Shown: one piece after another, positions 42,723 to 50,348 of the stretch
Numbering within the stretch: position 1 is the first letter of the stretch
Layout of the letters: the number at the start of each line of letters is the position of its first letter
Made by a program: the position numbers and the translations under genes
NCBI GenBank assembly: GCA_944326365.1
Contig: CALVDR010000007.1
Span: 10,037 to 74,036 of the forward strand
Reading direction: 5' to 3'
From: an uncultured Bacteroidales bacterium
GTDB lineage: Bacteria > Bacteroidota > Bacteroidia > Bacteroidales > UBA932
Length of the DNA: 64,000 nt
Notes under the pieces: model-generated
Told to the model about the DNA's origin: nothing
Database searches by the model: none
The model's input: the letters and a program-made list of their open reading frames with translations, nothing else

Positions 42723-43976
42723 TTATTCAGCCTTGCGGAATGCCACGCAGCCGTTGTGTCCTCCGAATCCGAGGGAATCGGAAATGGCGATGGTCAGGTC
42801 GACTTTCTCCGGCTTGTTAGGCGTGTAGTTGAGGTCGCACTCAGGGTCAGGCGTGTCGAGGTTGATGGTAGGCGGAACGATGCCGTTCTTCAATGCCAGA
42901 ATGCTGGCGATGGATTCCACCGCTCCGGCAGCTCCGAGCATGTGCCCTGTCATGGACTTGGTAGAACTGATGTGGGCCTTGCGTGCATTTTCCTCACCCA
43001 TGGCGAGTTTGAAGGCTGCAGTTTCCGAAGCATCGTTCAGATGGGTGCCTGTACCGTGGGCATTGATATAGAGAGTGTCTTTCTCTCCATCGTATCCTGC
43101 CTCTGCCAGAGCCATTTCGATGGCCTTCGCCTGTGTCACTCCGTCAGGTCTCGGGGCAGTCACATGATGCGCGTCATTCGTATTCCCGTAGCCTACTACC
43201 TCGGCGAAAATCTGCGCGCCTCTTGCTTTTGCGTGTTCGTATTCTTCGAGAACCAGCATGCCGGCACCTTCAGCCATCACGAAACCGCCGCGGTTCAGAT
43301 TGAACGGCAGGGATGCATATTTAGGGTCTTCTGCCTTTGAAAGGGCCTTGGCATTGGCGAAACCGGCTATTCCGAGAGGAATGGTGGCTGCTTCCGAACC
43401 TCCGGCGATGATGGCATCGGCATATCCGTGCTTGATGGCGCGGTAAGCCTCACCTATGGCATGGGTGGAAGTGGCGCAGGCAGTCACGATGTCAAGGCTC
43501 GGACCGCAGGCATTGTTCCTGATGGCTACATTTCCTGCCGCGATATTCGAAATCATGGTCGGAATGAAAAGAGGTGAGATCCATTTGGCTCCGTCCTTGA
43601 TCATCTTCTCGGTCTCCCTGTACTGGGTTGTGAAACCTCCGATTCCTGAACCTACGTATACTCCGAGTCTGAACGGATCGATGTTTCCGCCTTCCTTGGA
43701 ATCCAGTCCGGCCTGTTTCATGGCCTCATTGGCGGCAGCCACCGCATATACGGTGAATTTGTCCTGTTTTCTGGCGAATGCAGGTTCGATGCCGTGCTCT
43801 GCCGGGTTGAAGTCCTTCACTTCGCCTGCGATTTTTACAGGAAGGTCTTCAGTAGGGAAAGCCTTGATGAAGTCTATACCGCAGACACCGTCCAGAAGGT
43901 TTTTCCAGAAGTCCGCTACATTGTTTCCGACAGGGGAGATGACTCCCATACCTGTCACTACTACTCTTTTATCCAT
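42723..43976 (-). CDS. fabF: beta-ketoacyl-ACP synthase II
   Basis: 417 aa. RVVVTGMGVISPVGN, active-site ACATSTHAIGEA, HGTGT, SMTGHMLGAAG, GFGGHN. Confidence 0.93.
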   Translation of the reverse strand: MDKRVVVTGMGVISPVGNNVADFWKNLLDGVCGIDFIKAFPTEDLPVKIAGEVKDFNPAEHGIEPAFARKQDKFTVYAVAAANEAMKQAGLDSKEGGNIDPFRLGVYVGSGIGGFTTQYRETEKMIKDGAKWISPLFIPTMISNIAAGNVAIRNNACGPSLDIVTACATSTHAIGEAYRAIKHGYADAIIAGGSEAATIPLGIAGFANAKALSKAEDPKYASLPFNLNRGGFVMAEGAGMLVLEEYEHAKARGAQIFAEVVGYGNTNDAHHVTAPRPDGVTQAKAIEMALAEAGYDGEKDTLYINAHGTGTHLNDASETAAFKLAMGEENARKAHISSTKSMTGHMLGAAGAVESIASILALKNGIVPPTINLDTPDPECDLNYTPNKPEKVDLTIAISDSLGFGGHNGCVAFRKAE

Positions 43977-44018
43977 ATTTTTCAGTTTTATCAGTCAATA
44001 GGTGTTAAAGTTAATAAA

Positions 44019-44963
44019 TTATGCGAGAAGATCTTTAGCTCCGGCAAGTATTTTTTCGGCTCCTCCGATGATATCGTCGACAATATCCTTTGCAGGTTCG
44101 ATCTTCTTGACCATGCCGGCGCATTCACCGGCCATGAAGCTCCCGTTTGCATCGCCCTCTTTCACGGCTTTGCGCAGAGCCCCTGTCCCGTATGCCAGTA
44201 TTTCGTCAGGCTGGACGGCAGGGTCTGCCTCCATCTTCGCGAAAGTCTTGGAAAATACGGTCTTGAGAGATCTGACAGGATGTCCGAGAGTCTTTCCTGT
44301 CACTATGGTGGAAATGTCAGTGGCTTTCAGGATCTGGTCCTTGTAGTACTGGCTTACGGTGCATTCTTCTGCAGCTATGAATCTGGTGCCGACCTGTACT
44401 GCCTGTGCACCGAAGATAAATGCAGCTGCAGCTCCTCTGCCGTCGCAGATACCTCCTGCGGCCACTACCGGGATGTCTACCGCGTCGACTACCTGAGGGA
44501 TCAGGGCCATGGTGTGGATTTCTCCCACATGTCCTCCTGATTCGGCGCCTTCGGCTATCACTGCAGCGGCTCCCAGGGACTGCATCTTGAGCGCAAGCGC
44601 TACCGATGCTACAACCGGCATCACTACGATGCCTGCCGCTTTCCACATGTCCATGTATTGGGCAGGCGAACCTGCTCCGGTGGTAAGAATCTTAACGCCT
44701 TCCTCTACAACCATTTCCGCTATTTCAGCTGCGTTCGGAGCCTGCAGCATGATGTTGACGCCGAATGGCTTGTCTGTCATCTGTCTGCATTTCCTGATTT
44801 CTGCCCTTACTGCTTCAGTGCCGGCGTTTATCGAAGAAATAAGCCCGAGTCCGCCTGCATTCGATACGGCGGCTGCGAGAGATGCGTCTGCTATCCAGGC
44901 CATTCCGCCCTGTATTATAGGGAGGCGGATGCCCAGCATGTCGCATATTTTACTTTTTATCAT
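44019..44963 (-). CDS. fabK: enoyl-ACP reductase FabK (FMN-dependent, nitronate monooxygenase fold)
   Basis: Start at ATG 44963 (MIKSKICDMLGIRLPIIQGGMAWIADASLAAAVSNAGGLG), 37 nt after the fabH stop. Blocks AEGAESGGH and VVAAGGICDGRG. Confidence 0.85.
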   Translation of the reverse strand: MIKSKICDMLGIRLPIIQGGMAWIADASLAAAVSNAGGLGLISSINAGTEAVRAEIRKCRQMTDKPFGVNIMLQAPNAAEIAEMVVEEGVKILTTGAGSPAQYMDMWKAAGIVVMPVVASVALALKMQSLGAAAVIAEGAESGGHVGEIHTMALIPQVVDAVDIPVVAAGGICDGRGAAAAFIFGAQAVQVGTRFIAAEECTVSQYYKDQILKATDISTIVTGKTLGHPVRSLKTVFSKTFAKMEADPAVQPDEILAYGTGALRKAVKEGDANGSFMAGECAGMVKKIEPAKDIVDDIIGGAEKILAGAKDLLA

Positions 44964-45000
44964 CTGGTTTTGGTGTTTGGTACGTTTCTGTTTCGGAGGA

Positions 45001-45948
45001 TTACCATTCCATGATGGCTGCTCCGGATATGAATCCTGCACCGAATGCGCTCAGGGCGAGGATGTCGCCTTTCTTGATGACGCCGTTCCTGTTGCATTCG
45101 TCCAGAAGGATAGGGCAGCTTGCAGAGGATGAGTTCCCGTGGCTTTCGACGTTGTGAGGGAATTTTTCTTCCGGCTGTTCCAGCTGGTCCTTGATGGAAT
45201 TGATGATCCTTATGTTTGCCTGGTGGAGCAGGTATTTGTCCACATCGTCAGGAGTCATGTTGAGTTCGTTGAGCAGATATTTGATGTCTCCGCTCGAAGC
45301 CTTGACGGCGAATTTGAACACGTCCTGTCCTTTCATCTGGAGAGGGATGTTCACTTCTTCTTTTGTCACGTACGGCGTAGGTTCGAGTGTGCGGATCTGG
45401 TACAGCTTGTCAGTGGCGCTTGCTGCCGACAATTTCGTACCTTTAATATTGTTTCCTTCCGTAAGGACGGCTGCTCCGGCCCCGTCGCCGAAGAGCACGC
45501 ACACGTTCCTGTCTTTCCAGCTGGTCATCCTGGTAGGCTCTTCCGCACAGACGATGAGCACGTTCCTGACACGGCCGGCCTTGCTGTATGCTTCGGCGAG
45601 GTCAAGGGCATAAATGAAACCTGCGCATGCGCAGTTGATGTCTATGCACGGACAAGTGGCTCCGATACCTCCCTGTATGATACAGCTCAGAGACGGTGTC
45701 ACATACTCGTTCACTACATTCGAGCAGATGATGAAATCCATGTCTTCTGCCTTCATTCCGGCATTGTCGAGAGCTTTTCTGGCAGCCTCGATGGCCATAT
45801 CTTCAAGTTTCTCGTCCGAAATGACGTGGCGGTGCTTTATGCCCGTCCTCGGATATATCCAGGCGTCGCTCGTGTCGAGAAATTCTGAAAGCATGTCGTT
45901 AGTGACGATTTTCTTCGGAATTACGCTTCCTGTACCAACTATTTTCAT
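45001..45948 (-). CDS. fabH: beta-ketoacyl-ACP synthase III
   Basis: 315 aa. MKIVGTGSVIPKK..., SDAWIYPRTGI, active-site NCACAGFIYAL, HQANIRI, GNSSSAS. Confidence 0.9.
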   Translation of the reverse strand: MKIVGTGSVIPKKIVTNDMLSEFLDTSDAWIYPRTGIKHRHVISDEKLEDMAIEAARKALDNAGMKAEDMDFIICSNVVNEYVTPSLSCIIQGGIGATCPCIDINCACAGFIYALDLAEAYSKAGRVRNVLIVCAEEPTRMTSWKDRNVCVLFGDGAGAAVLTEGNNIKGTKLSAASATDKLYQIRTLEPTPYVTKEEVNIPLQMKGQDVFKFAVKASSGDIKYLLNELNMTPDDVDKYLLHQANIRIINSIKDQLEQPEEKFPHNVESHGNSSSASCPILLDECNRNGVIKKGDILALSAFGAGFISGAAIMEW

Positions 45949-46015
45949 AATATTTACAGTAAAAATTTCGTATTAAATCGTGCAAAAATAATCTGTATTT
46001 TCCGAAGTGTAAAAT

Positions 46016-46090
46016 AATTGTGGCAATTCCTCTGAAATTGTGGCTTACACCCTCGGAAAGTGGCGAAATTTGACTATTTGTGGCGAAATT
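46016..46090. promoter_or_regulatory. four phased GTGGC direct repeats (candidate LytTR operator array)
   Basis: GTGGC at 46020-46024, 46040-46044, 46060-46064 and 46080-46084, an exact 20-bp period. Extended context: AATTGTGGCAATT / AATTGTGGCTTAC / AAAGTGGCGAAATT / TTTGTGGCGAAATT. Lies between fabH (start 45948, minus) and the LytTR gene (46122, plus). Confidence 0.55.
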
Positions 46091-46100
46091 CATATATTTG
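46069..46100 (+). promoter_or_regulatory. putative promoter of the LytTR gene
   Basis: TTTG (46069-46072), 20 nt, then TATATTTG (46093-46100), 22 nt upstream of the ATG at 46122. The fourth GTGGC repeat lies inside the spacer. Confidence 0.45.
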
Positions 46101-46121
46101 CCGGATAAATCGGGACGGGAA

Positions 46122-47009
46122 ATGAACAAGAAACTTCCGCTATATCTGCTTGAGAAGAACAGGCTTGTAGGTACGGTGACTTTTTCCGTACTGTTCGCGC
46201 TTGTTTTCCTGAATCTGTACATACCTTTTTCCGATACTGCCTGGTTCGGGCTGGGAAATTCCCAGACTTTCCTGTTTACGGCAGGTTTCGCCTTCATTTC
46301 CATACTTATTCTGGCGCTTAGCCGCACAGTCATGTACCAGGTGGCCAAACTGTATGAATTCACCTATCTGGGTTATGTGCTGTGGTGCGTGCTTGAGGTA
46401 CTGCTCATATGCGGTTTTTACACTTTCGTCACGAAAGATGTCGTGCATCATGATGACAGTTCTTGGCTTCAGGTCTTTTCCCGGGCCCTTCTGTACGGTT
46501 CCATTTCACTGATCATTCCTTATATTCTGACAGGAATGTATTTCACCATCATGGAGAAGAACAGGACCATACGCCTGATGAACAGTCCCGAGGTGGTGTC
46601 CGACGAGCCTGTGAGTTCCGAGCCGGAAGACAAGGTCACTCTTTTTGACAACAGCGGAGCTCTCAGATTGTCCGTCAGGACATCCAATCTTTATTATATC
46701 GAGTCGGATGACAATTATATAAAGGTCTGGTATCTCGATGCGAAAGGGGAACTGAAGACGTATATGATGAGGTGCAGGCTGAAAACGGTGGAGCAGAGTT
46801 TCAGGAATACTTCCCTGGTGAGATGTCATCGGAAGTATATCGTGAATCTGGACAGGGTGAAGATTCTCAGAAAGGAACGCGAGGCATATTTCCTTGATCT
46901 GGACAATGATTCCATTCCTCCGCTTGCAGTCTCGAAGACCTATACGCAGGCTGTCCTCGGATGGTTCAGCAAGGAAAATCCTGAAAAGGTGGACGAATCC
47001 GCGTCTTAG
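46122..47009 (+). CDS. membrane-anchored LytTR-domain DNA-binding protein
   Basis: Start at ATG 46122 (MNKKLPLYLLEKN); the track start at 46080 is GTG. Four N-terminal TM helices, then a C-terminal LytTR domain (LYYIESDDNYIKVWY...LVRCHRKYIVNLDRV). Confidence 0.8.
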   Translation: MNKKLPLYLLEKNRLVGTVTFSVLFALVFLNLYIPFSDTAWFGLGNSQTFLFTAGFAFISILILALSRTVMYQVAKLYEFTYLGYVLWCVLEVLLICGFYTFVTKDVVHHDDSSWLQVFSRALLYGSISLIIPYILTGMYFTIMEKNRTIRLMNSPEVVSDEPVSSEPEDKVTLFDNSGALRLSVRTSNLYYIESDDNYIKVWYLDAKGELKTYMMRCRLKTVEQSFRNTSLVRCHRKYIVNLDRVKILRKEREAYFLDLDNDSIPPLAVSKTYTQAVLGWFSKENPEKVDESAS

Positions 47010-47443
47010 CGGTGTTTTCTTTTGGTCGAGCGGAGACGGGCTGCCGACTGTACCATAGCCTCGTCCAGCATGATGTTTCTGGCGGCCAGAACATCCAGTA
47101 TGGCTGCAATCACAGGGAAAATGGCGGTGAACGAGAATACTATGTTGTTTTCCACTTCTTCCGGCGGGAAGAAATAGTTCACGCCTATCCAGATCTGGAA
47201 GGCGAGCAGCACTATCGCCGAGATGATGCACAGCCGCATCTGTATCATCCTGGCTTTGAACAGCCCGAGGCTTATGAGGTTTGCCAGGAATGTCATGATG
47301 GCGAACAGCAGGTATGGAGTGTATTCACGGTAAAGTATGGCGCTTTCACCCTCGCCGAAAACCGTGGCGAATCTGCTGAAAAAAAGCGACCCTATGAGGA
47401 CTGTCGCTATCGCCAGGTACAATGTCTGTATTCTCTGCCACAT
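47006..47443 (-). CDS. DUF4293-family membrane protein
   Basis: Start at ATG 47443 (MWQRIQTLYLAIATVLIGSLFF), the characteristic DUF4293 N-terminus. 145 aa, 4 TM. Confidence 0.65.
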   Translation of the reverse strand: MWQRIQTLYLAIATVLIGSLFFSRFATVFGEGESAILYREYTPYLLFAIMTFLANLISLGLFKARMIQMRLCIISAIVLLAFQIWIGVNYFFPPEEVENNIVFSFTAIFPVIAAILDVLAARNIMLDEAMVQSAARLRSTKRKHR

Positions 47444-47593
47444 GGTCGTATCGTTTTTGTATCTGAAAGAAATGCAAAAATAGGAAAAATCATCAGAAAA
47501 AACTATATTTGACAGTGATGTCACGCTACGGGCATCTGCATAATGCATGCAGCCGTGCGTGTCCTGAAGTCGAACAAAGTAAAGACATGGCTT

Positions 47594-48463
47594 ATGATAC
47601 CGGAATCAGAACTTATAATCAATGACGACGGGTCGGTTTTCCATCTTCATCTCAGACCCGAAGAACTGGCTGACAATGTGATCCTTGTAGGAGATCCAGG
47701 CCGGGTGGACATAGTTTCGGAATATCTGGAGGACAAGGAGTTCCGTCACCAGTCTCGGGAATTCGTGTCTGTGACCGGAAAATACCGCGGAAAGAGAATC
47801 ACCGTACTTTCCACCGGCATCGGCACCGACAATATCGATATCGTCATGAACGAACTGGACGCACTGGCGAATATCGATTTTTCCACGAGGGAAATCAGGC
47901 CGGAAAAGAAGTCCCTGAACATATTGCGTATCGGGACATCAGGTGCCATACAGCCTGATATCCCGCTCGGTTCTTTCGTCTTCGCACATATTTCAGTGGG
48001 CTGTGACGGGCTTCTGAACTGGTATGCGGACAGGGACAAAATAGCTCTCCGGGATATCGAAGAGGCTTTCAAGTCGCATACCCGCTGGAACGGACATCTG
48101 CCGGATCCGTATTTCGTGAAAGCGGGGGAGGATATGGTTTCCAGATTCGCGGACTGTACGATAAAGGGGATGACGATAGCTGCGTCCGGTTTTTACGGGC
48201 CTCAGGGCAGGGTGCTTCGCATGCCTCTGGCCATGCCTGACATGCTGGATACTTTCGGATCGTTCCGGTTCGGAGACTGGAGAATCACGAATTTCGAGAT
48301 GGAAGGCTCGGCGATAGCCGGTATAGCCGCGCATCTGGGACACAATGCCGGGACTGTCTGCTGCATCATCGCGAACCGTTATCTGAAGTCCAGCAACCCG
48401 GACTACAAGCCGCAGGTCCGCAAGCTTATAGAGCTGTCAATGGATCGTCTGACTTCAGAGTGA
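47594..48463 (+). CDS. nucleoside phosphorylase (PNP/UDP family 1)
   Basis: Start at ATG 47594 (MIPESELIINDDGSVFHLHL). Blocks VGDPGRV, TVLSTGIGTDNIDIVMNEL, RIGTSGA, EMEGSAI. Confidence 0.75.
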   Translation: MIPESELIINDDGSVFHLHLRPEELADNVILVGDPGRVDIVSEYLEDKEFRHQSREFVSVTGKYRGKRITVLSTGIGTDNIDIVMNELDALANIDFSTREIRPEKKSLNILRIGTSGAIQPDIPLGSFVFAHISVGCDGLLNWYADRDKIALRDIEEAFKSHTRWNGHLPDPYFVKAGEDMVSRFADCTIKGMTIAASGFYGPQGRVLRMPLAMPDMLDTFGSFRFGDWRITNFEMEGSAIAGIAAHLGHNAGTVCCIIANRYLKSSNPDYKPQVRKLIELSMDRLTSE

Positions 48464-48479
48464 AAAGTCTTGAATCGCA

Positions 48480-49442
48480 TCACTTTCCTCCGTACAGTTC
48501 CTTTCTGGACTGGCTTCCGACCTTGACTATGTCAGGGTCATCTATGGTCATATCCACGACAGTCCTGTCTCCGCCCGTCACGGTTTCCTCCAGAAATCTG
48601 AACTGATATTCTGTGCTCTCGTCCATGATGGTGGCTATCTCGTGTCCGCAGTCCAGATAACGGTATATGCTGTAAGGATATCCGAATTTCTTGAATCGGT
48701 GCGCTATCCTGTCCGAACCGAAGAATCCGATATTGAAGAATCTTACCTGTCCGTAGTTCACCAGTCTGTCGCCGGTCCCGTGGAACAGGAGAGTCGGTGC
48801 AGGTTCGGAGGCGTATTTCAATTTGCCTTTTCTGGACAGGATGCCGCCTGAAAACGACATGACACCGGCATATCTGAAATCTTCAGGCAGACTTGCCGCA
48901 TATTCTGTCCTGTTGCACAGTTCGTAGTCTGCCTGCAGGACTGTGATGGCCCCCGCAGATGAGCCGCTTATGACGATGTTTTGCGGGTCTATTCCCAGAC
49001 TTTCAGCGTTTTCCAAGATATATCCTGTCGCGCTGAACAGATCTTCCACTGCCATGTGGATGGCCTTGTCAAGCAGATTCACCTGCGCCACACCTACTCT
49101 TTTCGCTCCTTTCAGCCCGAGCCTGTAATCTATGGAAATGACTCTGTATCCGTGGTCAGACAGCATTTTGAACCAAGGGGTATGGTACGGTTCGTCGCGC
49201 CGACCCATGATGAAGCCGCCTCCGAATACGAAAATCACTGTCGGTTTTTCCTTTCCGTCGATTTCGGTCTCGCTTCCTTCTGCCGGTTCATAGACATCCA
49301 TGAAAAGTTCGCATGTATCTCTCTGGGCGAACATGTAGGTCGCATCCGGCAGTATCGCCGGTTCGGTTTTCTCATTCTCTGCGTTTGCGGCAATTGCCAT
49401 CGCCATGATGGCTCCCGCCAATAATAATAGTTTCCTTGTCAT
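48480..49442 (-). CDS. secreted alpha/beta hydrolase (esterase/lipase)
   Basis: 320 aa. Signal peptide, oxyanion FVFGGGFIMG, nucleophile elbow ISGSSAGA, and a C-terminal His (CGHE). Confidence 0.8.
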   Translation of the reverse strand: MTRKLLLLAGAIMAMAIAANAENEKTEPAILPDATYMFAQRDTCELFMDVYEPAEGSETEIDGKEKPTVIFVFGGGFIMGRRDEPYHTPWFKMLSDHGYRVISIDYRLGLKGAKRVGVAQVNLLDKAIHMAVEDLFSATGYILENAESLGIDPQNIVISGSSAGAITVLQADYELCNRTEYAASLPEDFRYAGVMSFSGGILSRKGKLKYASEPAPTLLFHGTGDRLVNYGQVRFFNIGFFGSDRIAHRFKKFGYPYSIYRYLDCGHEIATIMDESTEYQFRFLEETVTGGDRTVVDMTIDDPDIVKVGSQSRKELYGGK

Positions 49443-49484
49443 TTCTTTTTTTGTTTGTCCGTCGATTTATTCCCGTTCTGCCGG

Positions 49485-50186
49485 TCATTGGCCCTGGACG
49501 GGCCAATCCAGTATCGTCCGCCCGAGTTCTTCAGGTGTCGCGCACAGTACGTCAGGCTTCCACGCCTCCAGTTCTTCTCTGGTCCTGAATCCCCACAACA
49601 CGCCTGCCGTCACCACTCCGGCGTTTTTCCCGGTCTCCATATCCACGTCGGAGTCTCCTGAGTAGAACACTTCTTCCTTCGTGAGCGGATGGCCGTATGC
49701 ATTTTCCGCTTCCCTGACTATCGCGGCGTCAGGCTTGATGGGCATTCCGTCTCTCTGTCCGAGTATTTTCACGAATTTTCTCCCGCCGAAGAAACGTTTC
49801 ACCAGAGCTTCGGTGCCTTCCTGGTACTTGTTCGATGCTACGGCCAGGGCTATTCCTGCATTTTCGAGCGTTTCCAGCATTTCAGGTACCCCTTCATATG
49901 GCCTTGTGAAGTCTGTCTTGTGCTCGTTGTAATACGGGACGAAGTACCCTTTCATTTTCATGACCATCTCTTCCGTCCTGGCATTTTCAGGCAGGGCCCC
50001 TCTGAACAGGTTGTATATTCCCCGTCCTACCAGCATATTGTATTCATGCATCTCCCTTGCGGGAAAACCGCAGGAAGTCAGGGCGAAATTGCATGCCCTG
50101 CCAAGATCCTCGATTGAATTCAGCAAGGTACCGTCAAGGTCGAAAATTGCGAGTTTTATTTTTACTTGTGCCATAGTTTGGTACAT
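49485..50186 (-). CDS. HAD-family hydrolase (phosphoglycolate phosphatase-like)
   Basis: 233 aa. AIFDLDGTLLNS, VASNK, SGDSDVDMETGKNAG. The alternative start is 50174. Confidence 0.8.
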   Translation of the reverse strand: MYQTMAQVKIKLAIFDLDGTLLNSIEDLGRACNFALTSCGFPAREMHEYNMLVGRGIYNLFRGALPENARTEEMVMKMKGYFVPYYNEHKTDFTRPYEGVPEMLETLENAGIALAVASNKYQEGTEALVKRFFGGRKFVKILGQRDGMPIKPDAAIVREAENAYGHPLTKEEVFYSGDSDVDMETGKNAGVVTAGVLWGFRTREELEAWKPDVLCATPEELGRTILDWPVQGQ

Positions 50187-50348
50187 TTGGATGCTACCTT
50201 TGCATCATGATTGGAAGAAACATTAAATTCAAAGCCATGAAAAATACAGATTTCACACTTGAGAGCCTTGGTTCATTCATATCTTCGGAACAGTCTTTCA
50301 GCGATATCCTCGACCTGGTGAAGGATTTCGACCTCGAACTCACGGGTG

